Below are positions 6,789 to 14,845 of a DNA stretch of 23,507 bases, piece after piece (the stretch's first letter is position 1; each line of letters starts with the position of its first letter). Both the position numbers and the translations under genes were made by a program. Location: the NCBI GenBank assembly GCA_040902005.1, contig JBBDYA010000043.1, positions 13,226 to 36,732 on the forward strand, written 5' to 3'. The DNA is from Gemmatimonadaceae bacterium (GTDB lineage: Bacteria > Gemmatimonadota > Gemmatimonadetes > Gemmatimonadales > Gemmatimonadaceae). The notes under the pieces are model-generated. The model worked only from the letters and a program-made list of their open reading frames with translations. It did not search any database and was not told where the DNA came from.

Positions 6789-9124
6789 CGCACCCCGTGC
6801 GCCGCCATCTGCCGGAGCCCCCCCCCCCGATGCCCGCGGTGGCGTCGAGCCCGCATCGCGCGCTGTCAGCGCAGTCCGTCCCGCGGCTTGGCGAGGGACA
6901 CGAGCGGCTGATCCGCGGCGTTGCGCTCGTGGCACTGGGGGTGGCGTACTACTGGATCTGGTGGCGCTGGACCGCGACGCTCAACTGGGAGGTGGCGGCA
7001 TTCGCCCTCGCCCTCGTGCTCGCGGAGACGTATCGCGTCTTCAACGCCACGCTCCTGACGCTCACGGTGTGGAAGCTTCGCCAGAACGAGCCGCCGCCCG
7101 CGCCGGGGGGTCGCACCGTGGACGTGTTCATCACGTGCTTCGACGAGCCCCTGGAGCTGATACGCCGGACGGTCATCGGCGCACAGGCCATTCGCTACCC
7201 GCACGAGACGTACGTGCTGGACGACGGCAAGCGCGACGAGGTGCGCGCCATGGCGCGGGAACTTGGCGCCGGCTACATCCGGCGTGACGGAAACGAGCAC
7301 GCCAAGGCGGGCAATCTCAACCACGCGCTCTCCGTCACCCGCGGGGAATTCATCCTGCAGCTCGACGCGGACCACGTCGCGCTTCCGCACATGCTCGACC
7401 GCCTGCTGGGGTACTTCACCGATCCCGCCATCGGTTTCGTGCAGTCGCCTCACGATTTCTACAACACGGATTCCTTCACGCACGTGGTGAATGACGAAGG
7501 CCATCGCCTGTGGGAGGAGAATCGCATCTTCTTCTCCCTGGTGCAGGCCGGCAAGGACCAGTGGGATTCGTCGTTCTTCTGCGGCAGCTGCGGCATGCTC
7601 CGCCGAGCCGCGCTGGAGGAGATCGGTGGCTTCTCCACCCAGTCCGTCACGGAAGACATGGAGACGTCCATCGTGCTGCACGGGCGCGGCTGGAGGTCGC
7701 GCTATCACGGGGAAACGCTCGCGTACGGCCTGGCGCCCGCGTCGGCGTCGCAGTACCACGTGCAGCGGCTCCGCTGGGGCACCGGCTCGATGCAGGTGCT
7801 TCGCAAGATGAATCCGCTGCGCTACCCCGGCCTGTCCTGGAAACAGCGACTCCAGTACTTCTCCTCCTGCATCGACTATCTCGACGGGCTGCAGAAGGTC
7901 GTGTTCTATCTCGCGCCCGCGGTGTTCTTCTTCACGGGATGGCTGCCCGTCAGCGTGGATGACGCCGAGTTTCTCGTGCGGCTCGTGCCCTACATGGTGC
8001 TCACGCTGCTGTCGTTCGAACTGCTGTCGCGCGGCACCGGCTGGCTCATCCTCTCCGAGCGCTACGGCATGACGCGGTTCTTCACCTACATCCTGGCACT
8101 GGCGGGGTTCTTCAGGAAGAAGCCGGTGAAGTTCATGGTCACGCCGAAGGGGGTAGGCAACGCGCAGTTCCGGACGTATGCCCCGCAGCTCGTCCTCGCC
8201 GTGATCCTGAGCAGCTCGCTGATCTGGGCCGTCATCGCGGCGCATTTCGGATGGATCCACTACGCAGACGGCTGGATGTCCGCGGCCATATGGGTCAACG
8301 GTGCCTGGATTCTGTGGAATCTCTACTTCGCGCTGTCGGTCGTGCACCAGAGCCGGCGGTCCGGACAACAGCGCGACGACTTCAGGTTCATGGAGAGCCT
8401 CCCGGTTCGCGTCTCCGTCGTTGGCGACGACGGCGCGGTGCTCGCGACACAGGTGGCGACGACCCGGGATCTCAATGCGCTCGGGCTCGGATTTCACGCC
8501 TCCGCGCGCGTGGAGCCAGGTTCACGCGTGCGCCTTCCCTTGCGGCTCTCCACGGGAGAGATCTCCGCGGAGGGCCGCGTCGTTCGCGTCCACGAACGAC
8601 GCACGCGGTTCGGCTCGGTGTTCCTGCACGGCGTGCGCTTCGCCGGCCTGTCGGTCGAGTCGCGTGACGCCATCGGGCTGCACTGCGCCCACCATGCCGT
8701 GCCCACGTGGCGCGCCCGGTATCGGCAGTCCATGCCGGTGTTCTCGCACGCGCTCGAGCGGATCACGAATCTCCGCGGCCTGCGGCGGCGCGCCGTGCAG
8801 CTGCCGGTCACGGTGCGCGCGTGGCCCCGGAACGCGTCGGCCGGCGAGATGTGCCTGGGCATGCTCGAGGAAATGAGCGATGCAGGCGTTCGCCTCGTAC
8901 TCGAGCATCCGGTGCAGCCGGGAACGCGCATCACCTATGACGTGCCCGGGACGAGCATCCGCGGGGAGGGAACCGTGGTCTTCAATCGCGCCTTCGAGTC
9001 TCCGGCGAGCGTGCGGTTCGCCGTTGGCGTGCGGCGCGACCGCGAGGTCCCGGCGCACTCCTTCGTGCCATTCTGGCGCTCGGCCGCTGCCACCAGCACG
9101 TCCCATGTCGAAAAAACAGCGTAG
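6785..9124 (+). CDS. bcsA: Cellulose synthase-like GT2 catalytic subunit (copy 2) with two C-terminal PilZ-like domains
   Basis: GTG at 6785 overlaps the upstream TGA (GTGA coupling); alternative ATG at 6830. Motifs DDG, HAKAGNLN, DADH, QSPHDFYN, FFCGS, TED, QRLRW and FMVTPKG. PilZ-like motifs RDDFR...DLNALG and RGLRR...EMSDAG. Colinear paralog of copy 1. Confidence 0.88.
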   Translation: MTHPVRRHLPEPPPPMPAVASSPHRALSAQSVPRLGEGHERLIRGVALVALGVAYYWIWWRWTATLNWEVAAFALALVLAETYRVFNATLLTLTVWKLRQNEPPPAPGGRTVDVFITCFDEPLELIRRTVIGAQAIRYPHETYVLDDGKRDEVRAMARELGAGYIRRDGNEHAKAGNLNHALSVTRGEFILQLDADHVALPHMLDRLLGYFTDPAIGFVQSPHDFYNTDSFTHVVNDEGHRLWEENRIFFSLVQAGKDQWDSSFFCGSCGMLRRAALEEIGGFSTQSVTEDMETSIVLHGRGWRSRYHGETLAYGLAPASASQYHVQRLRWGTGSMQVLRKMNPLRYPGLSWKQRLQYFSSCIDYLDGLQKVVFYLAPAVFFFTGWLPVSVDDAEFLVRLVPYMVLTLLSFELLSRGTGWLILSERYGMTRFFTYILALAGFFRKKPVKFMVTPKGVGNAQFRTYAPQLVLAVILSSSLIWAVIAAHFGWIHYADGWMSAAIWVNGAWILWNLYFALSVVHQSRRSGQQRDDFRFMESLPVRVSVVGDDGAVLATQVATTRDLNALGLGFHASARVEPGSRVRLPLRLSTGEISAEGRVVRVHERRTRFGSVFLHGVRFAGLSVESRDAIGLHCAHHAVPTWRARYRQSMPVFSHALERITNLRGLRRRAVQLPVTVRAWPRNASAGEMCLGMLEEMSDAGVRLVLEHPVQPGTRITYDVPGTSIRGEGTVVFNRAFESPASVRFAVGVRRDREVPAHSFVPFWRSAAATSTSHVEKTA
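6818..6828 (+). repeat. C11 homopolymer tract at the 5' end of bcsA copy 2
   Basis: gccggag-CCCCCCCCCCC-gatg; 11 C residues, the longest homopolymer noticed in the window. Confidence 0.85.
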
Positions 9125-10013
9125 CGGCGCCTTCGTCATCCGCAAGACGGATCGCTCCCGGTTCAAGCTGGGACGGTCGCGCGGCGGACAGGTACTCGAC
9201 CAGCTGTTGAGCATCGATAGCGCGGTCGCGCCCCCCGGAGTGCTGCTCGTCGTTGCGCATCCCGATGACGAAGCGATCGGCGCGGGGGTGTTGCTGGGAG
9301 GGCTCCCGCACGCGGTGATCGTCCACGTGACGGACGGCGCCCCGCGCGACGATGCGCCGGCCCGTCGCCGCGGGTTCGCGAACCGCGACGCCTATGCCCA
9401 GGCCAGGCGCGCCGAGGCGGTCGCCGCGCTGCGGCTCGCGGGCATTGACGAAGCGCACATCCGATGTCTCGGGCTGGTGGATGGAGAGGCCTCGTTCCGA
9501 CTCGTCGAACTGTGTCACCATGTCATCGATCTCATGCTGGAACACGTGCCGGATGTCGTGATCACGCATCCCTATGAGGGCGGGCACACCGACCACGATG
9601 CCACGGCCTTTGCCGTGCACCTCGCGTGCGGCATCCTCCGACGCGAGGGCGTGACCGCGCCCGTCGTGCTCGAGCTCGCCTCGTACCACAACCGGAACGG
9701 CAAGCGGGTGCGGTCGCGCTTCATCGAGAAGGCGAACGTGCCGGAGCGCGCCCTCGACCTCACGCCCGACGAACAGCTGCGCAAGGTGCGGATGTTCGAG
9801 CAGTTCGTGTCGCAGCGCGCTTGTCTCAGCGCGTTCCCGATCGGCGTCGAGCGCTTTCGCGTGGCGCCGCGCTACAATTTCACCGCGCCGCCGCACGAGG
9901 GGATTCTCGGCTACGAGCAGTACTGCGATGTCATCTGCGGCGAGGAGTGGCGCGCTCGGGCGGGCCAGGCGCTCGAGGCTCTTCGCAGCCGTCGCGCGGC
10001 GCCATCCGGCTGA
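9105..10013 (+). CDS. PIG-L/LmbE family zinc-dependent de-N-acetylase
   Basis: Motifs LLVVAHPDDEAIGAG, VTDG, ARRAEA and VITHPYEGGHTDHDA. ATG at 9105 overlaps the end of bcsA copy 2. Confidence 0.88.
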   Translation: MSKKQRSGAFVIRKTDRSRFKLGRSRGGQVLDQLLSIDSAVAPPGVLLVVAHPDDEAIGAGVLLGGLPHAVIVHVTDGAPRDDAPARRRGFANRDAYAQARRAEAVAALRLAGIDEAHIRCLGLVDGEASFRLVELCHHVIDLMLEHVPDVVITHPYEGGHTDHDATAFAVHLACGILRREGVTAPVVLELASYHNRNGKRVRSRFIEKANVPERALDLTPDEQLRKVRMFEQFVSQRACLSAFPIGVERFRVAPRYNFTAPPHEGILGYEQYCDVICGEEWRARAGQALEALRSRRAAPSG

Positions 10014-10117
10014 CCGCCGTGGGCTGGCGCGCGCCCGGGCCAGGGCTCAACTTCGCCGCGCCCGTGGCCGATACTCCTGACGGACCCTCCACGAGATACT
10101 CCCCGCCTCCCGCATAG

Positions 10118-12391
10118 ATGTCCCTGAAAGCACACGACCAGCCCACAATCCGCAAGCCGATGGCGGAGCCGGATGCGGTCCGGCTCAGCGCGCTCGTGGA
10201 TGCCGGTCCGGAAGCGGTGGCCATTCTCGATGGGGAGTGGCGCTATGTGTATGTGAACATGGCGTTTGAACGGCTGATCCGGCTGTCCCCCGAAGCGCTG
10301 ATCGGCAAGAGCATCTGGGCAGTGACGCCGCAACTCCTCTCCACGCCCTTCGAGCAGGAGTTGCGCGGGACGATGGCAAACCGACGCAGCGCCCGGATCG
10401 AATTCCAGGGAGCCGACGGCCAGCGCTTTGACATCCATGCGATGCCGTTTGGCGACGGGATGGCGTTCTTCGCGCGCGACATCACCGAGTTGCGAAAAGC
10501 CACGGAGGATCTCCGGCACAACGAGCAGCGCTTTCGCGCGATCCTGAACACCGAGCCCGGGTGCGTCATCCTCCTGGATCGCGCGGGCCACGTGGTCGAC
10601 ACGAACCCCGCGGGGCTGGAGTTGCTCGAGGTGGACGGGTACGGCGACATCCTCGGTCGTCCGATCGCGTCGTTCGTCGCATCGCACGATCTCGCCGCCG
10701 TGGAGGCGCTCATCGCGTCGGTGTTTCGTGGGGAATCCTCGACGATCGGCATCGAGATCGTGGGATACCGCGGGAGCCGCCGCCGCGTGGAGCACCGCGC
10801 CGCGCCCTTGCGCAACACCGATGGCGAAATCGTGGCCGCGCTCTCCATCACCACGGACATGACAGCGCGCCACGAGGTGGAAGCCACGTTGCGGCGTCGG
10901 GCGATGCAGCACGCCGTGCTCGCGTCCCTGGGCGCGCTCGCGCTGCGCGACACGGATGTCGACGAACTGACGCGCAAGGCGGTCGATGCGATCCACGAAA
11001 TCCTGGGCCTCCCTACGCGCGTCGCGCTGGACATGCTGCGACGCTTCGGCCTCGCCCAGGCCGCGCCCGGCCTTGGCGGCGAGGAACCGTCGGCGCCAGT
11101 CCGGCTCGACCGGGAAGACGAGGACTTCGTCCGCTCGGCGGCGCACCTGCTCTCGTCCGCCATGGAGCGGCGGCGCGCGGAGGACACGCTCCGGGAGCGC
11201 GAAGAACAACTGCGCCAGGCCCAGAAAATGGAGGCTATCGGGCAGCTCGCCGGCGGCGTGGCGCACGACTTCAACAACCTCCTCACCGTGATCAACGTCC
11301 ACACCGACCTGCTGCTCCAGCAGCTCGGTGAGGGCAAGCCCATGCGCCACGACGTCGAGGAGATCGCGCGCGCGGCGACGCGCGCGGCGTCGCTCACCCG
11401 CCAGCTGCTCACCTTCAGCCGCAAACAGGTCATTCAGCCGCGGGTGCTCGACCTGGCGCGGGTGGTCACCGGCGTGGAACCGATGCTGCGGCGGCTGATC
11501 GGCGAGGACGTGGATTTCGAGTCCGACGTGGAAGGCCCGATCGATCCCGTGGTGGCCGACGAGGGGGAGATCGAGCAGGTGCTCATCAACCTGGTGGTCA
11601 ACGCGCGCGACGCGATGCCGCAGGGTGGGAAGCTCCGCATGCGCGCCGCGAACGCCCGCGTGGACGATGCGCTGTGCGCGCGGCATCCGTCGCTGCGGCC
11701 GGGGGACTATGTCCAGCTCACGGTGAGCGATTCGGGCATGGGCATGACCGCCGAGACCATGGCGCGGGCCTTCGAGCCGTTCTTCACCACCAAGGAGCCC
11801 GGGCGCGGTACGGGACTGGGACTCTCGACCGTCTATGCCGTCGTCAAACAGTGCGGTGGAGTGATCACGGTGGACAGCGAGCCGGGGAGCGGAACGGTCT
11901 TCTGTGTGTACCTGCCCACGGCCGCCGGCGCCGAAGTCGAGCCGGCGATCATCCCCGGCCGTCGCGCACAATCCAGGGCCGGGGAAACGATCCTGCTGGC
12001 GGAGGACGAAGACAGCGTGCGCCGGCTGGCCAGGCGCGTGCTGGAGTCGCAAGGCTACACGGTGCTCGAGGCGATCAACGGCGAGGATGCCCTGCGCCTG
12101 GCGACCGACTACAGCGGCGTCATCGACCTGCTGCTGAGCGACGTCGTCATGCCGGAGCTCGGCGGTCGGCTCCTGGCCGAGCGCCTGACGCTGGCGCGCC
12201 CCGAGACCGAAGTGCTCTTCATGTCGGGATATACCGATGACGACATCCTGCGCCGTGGCTTGCTGGAGCGGGGGCAGCGCCTGCTGCAGAAGCCCTTTAC
12301 CGCTACGGCGCTTGCGCATGAAGTGCGGAGCGTGCTGGATGCCGCGCGCCGGCGCCGGTCCACCGCCCACGTGAGCCACGACGACGACTAG
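10118..12391 (+). CDS. Cytoplasmic hybrid sensor histidine kinase (PAS-PAS-[GAF remnant]-HisKA-HATPase-REC), CckA-like architecture
   Basis: Two PAS domains. H-box [22 protein letters not shown] box [12 protein letters not shown] boxes [14 protein letters not shown] and GTGLGL. Receiver ILLAEDE...LLSDVVMP...MSGY...QKPF. Confidence 0.95.
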   Translation: MSLKAHDQPTIRKPMAEPDAVRLSALVDAGPEAVAILDGEWRYVYVNMAFERLIRLSPEALIGKSIWAVTPQLLSTPFEQELRGTMANRRSARIEFQGADGQRFDIHAMPFGDGMAFFARDITELRKATEDLRHNEQRFRAILNTEPGCVILLDRAGHVVDTNPAGLELLEVDGYGDILGRPIASFVASHDLAAVEALIASVFRGESSTIGIEIVGYRGSRRRVEHRAAPLRNTDGEIVAALSITTDMTARHEVEATLRRRAMQHAVLASLGALALRDTDVDELTRKAVDAIHEILGLPTRVALDMLRRFGLAQAAPGLGGEEPSAPVRLDREDEDFVRSAAHLLSSAMERRRAEDTLREREEQLRQAQKMEAIGQLAGGVAHDFNNLLTVINVHTDLLLQQLGEGKPMRHDVEEIARAATRAASLTRQLLTFSRKQVIQPRVLDLARVVTGVEPMLRRLIGEDVDFESDVEGPIDPVVADEGEIEQVLINLVVNARDAMPQGGKLRMRAANARVDDALCARHPSLRPGDYVQLTVSDSGMGMTAETMARAFEPFFTTKEPGRGTGLGLSTVYAVVKQCGGVITVDSEPGSGTVFCVYLPTAAGAEVEPAIIPGRRAQSRAGETILLAEDEDSVRRLARRVLESQGYTVLEAINGEDALRLATDYSGVIDLLLSDVVMPELGGRLLAERLTLARPETEVLFMSGYTDDDILRRGLLERGQRLLQKPFTATALAHEVRSVLDAARRRRSTAHVSHDDD

Positions 12392-12489
12392 GGAAGCTGT
12401 GAAAAACAAGGGGCCGGTGCGAGGTGTATTGGTACTGGCTCGCGCTGGCCGGAACACCTCGCCCCGGCCCCTGGTTTTTCAGAGCTTCC
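12392..12489. mobile_element. 98-bp MITE-like hairpin element with IS5-type ends
   Basis: 36-bp terminal inverted repeats GGAAGCTGTGAAAAACAAGGGGCCGGTGCGAGGTGT / ACACCTCGCCCCGGCCCCTGGTTTTTCAGAGCTTCC with 3 mismatches. Flanked by CTAG (12388-12391) and CCAG (12490-12493). Confidence 0.6.
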
Positions 12490-12532
12490 CCAGGGGGGCA
12501 GCACGGTGACTCGCTGGCACGTATTGGGAAGC

Positions 12533-14584
12533 ATGCCACGCGTGCTCGTTCGAATCGCCGCCGTCGCGGTCGTCTGCGCCACCTCGGCGTTCGCTCAGGC
12601 GCCTCGGGACTCGACCGTCGCGGATTCCGCCCGCCGGCTCCGCCCGGTGGAAATCACCGGCAGCCGCGCCGCGGGGACGATTGGCGGCGTCAGCGCCGTG
12701 GTCATCACGCCCGCCGAGCTGCGGTCCTCCCCGGCGCCGCTGCTGGAGGAGGCGCTCCGCGAGTCGCCCTTCGTGCACGTGCGGCAGAACTCGCGTGGTG
12801 AAATGGAGCTCAGCGTGCGCGGATCAGATTCGCGTCAGGCCGCCGTGCTGTTGGACGGCGTCCCGTTGAGCCTGGGATGGGATCACCGGACCGATCCGTC
12901 GATCGTCCCCATCACCGGCGCGCAGGAGCTCGTCATCGTGCGCGGCCTCGGCTCGGTGCTGACGGGACCCAACGCGCTCGGCGGCACCATCGAGGTGTCG
13001 CACGACAATGCCTTTGGGCGTCCGGTCTCGGGCGGCGTGTGGGGTGGGGCGGGCATCGACGAGCATGCCGCCTATGTCGCGTCGCTCGGCGCGGGACGGC
13101 AGTTTGCCGGCGTGTTCCAGGGAACGCTGTCACTGCGCGGTGGTGTGGCGCATCGCGAGCGCGACGGGTTCGCGCTCGCCGGCGGCGCCTCCGATCCCAC
13201 GGCAGCGCGCGGCCTGCGCACCAACAGCGATCTGCGTGTGACCGACGGATTTCTCACGGCCCGCTGGAATGGCGCGCTAGGTCGGGCACTCGGCGTGACG
13301 GTCACCGGGTTCAACGCGGAGCGCGGCGTGCCCCCCGAGGAGCACCTCACCGACCCGCGGCTCTGGCGGTACCCGTACCAAGCGCGAGCCGTCGTCGCGC
13401 TCTCGGGGAACGCGGGCGCCGTTCGAACCCCGTTCGGCTTCGGCACGCTCGAGCTGGGTGCGGGTTACAACGGCGGCCGACTCCGGATCGAGTCGTTCAG
13501 CGACCGATCCTATCTGAACGCCACCGCCGCCGAGCTGGGCGACGAACGAACCATCTCGAGCCGCGCGTTGTTCACGCACACGCTTCCGCGCGATGCCCGC
13601 CTCAAAGCCGCGGTTACCCTCGCGGACGTGCACTACGCGGAAACGCTCCCCGCGGACACCGCCGTGGAGTACGCGCAGCGGCTCTGGAGCACCGGCGCCG
13701 AAGTCGAGCTTCCCCTCGCGCCCGCGACCGCGCTGTCCGCGGGGGTGGTCTATGATCGGTCAGTCACGCCGCTCACCGGTGGGCGCGCTCCGCAGCCGCC
13801 GCTCGACAATATCGGCTTTCGCGCCGGCATGACCCACGATATCAGTGCCGAGTGGCGTCTGCACGCGAGCGGCAGCCGCCGCTCGCGATTTCCCTCGCTG
13901 CGCGAACTGTATTCCGGCGCACTCGACCGCTTTTTGCCCAATCCTGATCTGGCGCCGGAAACCCTGCTCGGCCTCGAGGCCGGCTTCACCGTTGACCGCA
14001 GGATAGGCCCGATCCCGGACGCCCGCCTTCAGCTGAATCTCTTCCATCACGATCTCAGGGACGCCGTCGCGCGCACCACGCTGCCCGCGCCCGACGACCG
14101 TTTTTTCCGCGTGAACAGGGACCGTGTGAGGACCAACGGCGCGGAAATCCTCGCGGGTGTGGCGTTCGGTGAACAGCGCGCCCGATCGATCACCATCACC
14201 GGCGATGCCTTGATTCAGCACGTCGTCGTCACGGATCCGACGGCGGCAGGGCGGCCGGCGCGACACGTGGAGAACAGTCCCGACCGGCGCGGCATGGTAG
14301 AGGTGGGGGTGCCCTTTCCGGTGGGCATCCGGGCGTTTGTCAACGCGCGATACACGGGTCGGCAATACTGCCTCAATGCGGACACGGGCGGTGAGATGCG
14401 CCTGGCCGCTCGCACCGAGTCCAGCCTGGCGGCGGAGCGCCGATTCGCGATCGCGCGCGGCGGGGCCATACGCGGCATTCGTGTGCTGGCCGCCCTGGAT
14501 AATGCCATGAACGCGGTGATCTTCGATCAGTGCGGCCTGCCGCAGCCGGGCCGTACACTGCGCCTGATGGTCACGATCCAGTGA
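12533..14584 (+). CDS. TonB-dependent receptor
   Basis: Signal peptide MPRVLVRIAAVAVVCATSAFA-Q; TonB-box-like LRPVEITGSR. Plug motifs SVRGSD..VLLDGVPL and IVRGLGSVLTGPNALGGTI; barrel motifs RFPSLRELY..NPDLAPE, LDNAMN and PGRTLRLMVTIQ. Substrate unknown. Confidence 0.9.
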   Translation: MPRVLVRIAAVAVVCATSAFAQAPRDSTVADSARRLRPVEITGSRAAGTIGGVSAVVITPAELRSSPAPLLEEALRESPFVHVRQNSRGEMELSVRGSDSRQAAVLLDGVPLSLGWDHRTDPSIVPITGAQELVIVRGLGSVLTGPNALGGTIEVSHDNAFGRPVSGGVWGGAGIDEHAAYVASLGAGRQFAGVFQGTLSLRGGVAHRERDGFALAGGASDPTAARGLRTNSDLRVTDGFLTARWNGALGRALGVTVTGFNAERGVPPEEHLTDPRLWRYPYQARAVVALSGNAGAVRTPFGFGTLELGAGYNGGRLRIESFSDRSYLNATAAELGDERTISSRALFTHTLPRDARLKAAVTLADVHYAETLPADTAVEYAQRLWSTGAEVELPLAPATALSAGVVYDRSVTPLTGGRAPQPPLDNIGFRAGMTHDISAEWRLHASGSRRSRFPSLRELYSGALDRFLPNPDLAPETLLGLEAGFTVDRRIGPIPDARLQLNLFHHDLRDAVARTTLPAPDDRFFRVNRDRVRTNGAEILAGVAFGEQRARSITITGDALIQHVVVTDPTAAGRPARHVENSPDRRGMVEVGVPFPVGIRAFVNARYTGRQYCLNADTGGEMRLAARTESSLAAERRFAIARGGAIRGIRVLAALDNAMNAVIFDQCGLPQPGRTLRLMVTIQ

Positions 14585-14845
14585 CCACGACGGCATGCTC
14601 CAGGTCATTGGTGACCACCATCACCGCATTCCTGGCCAGAACCGCCTAAATCAACCGCGCTCAGGGTGATGGGCCCGCTCAACGGGGGCCACCCAGGGGC
14701 GTGCATCGAAACGGACCATCGCATTAATGAAGGGTAGGGCGTAACTTTCAGGGTCTCTGTCGGAACACTTCCGGGAGAGGTGGGACAGTGAGCTGCACAG
14801 GTGTGGTGGGTCCGACGAAGGGCCTGCGCACGGAGAGAGAAACCC

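Noticed and set aside
9911..12457. 848-aa antisense ORF opposite the histidine kinase
   Set aside because: Mirror-frame shadow typical of high-GC coding DNA; no recognisable motifs.
12392..12532. Possible cobalamin or other riboswitch upstream of the TonB-dependent receptor
   Set aside because: No B12-box or other aptamer consensus seen; one long inverted repeat explains the region.
14585..14845. Possible c-di-GMP riboswitch or sRNA upstream of the PilB/GspE gene
   Set aside because: Only weak hairpins and no recognisable GEMM consensus; probably promoter DNA. An Rfam/Infernal scan would settle it.
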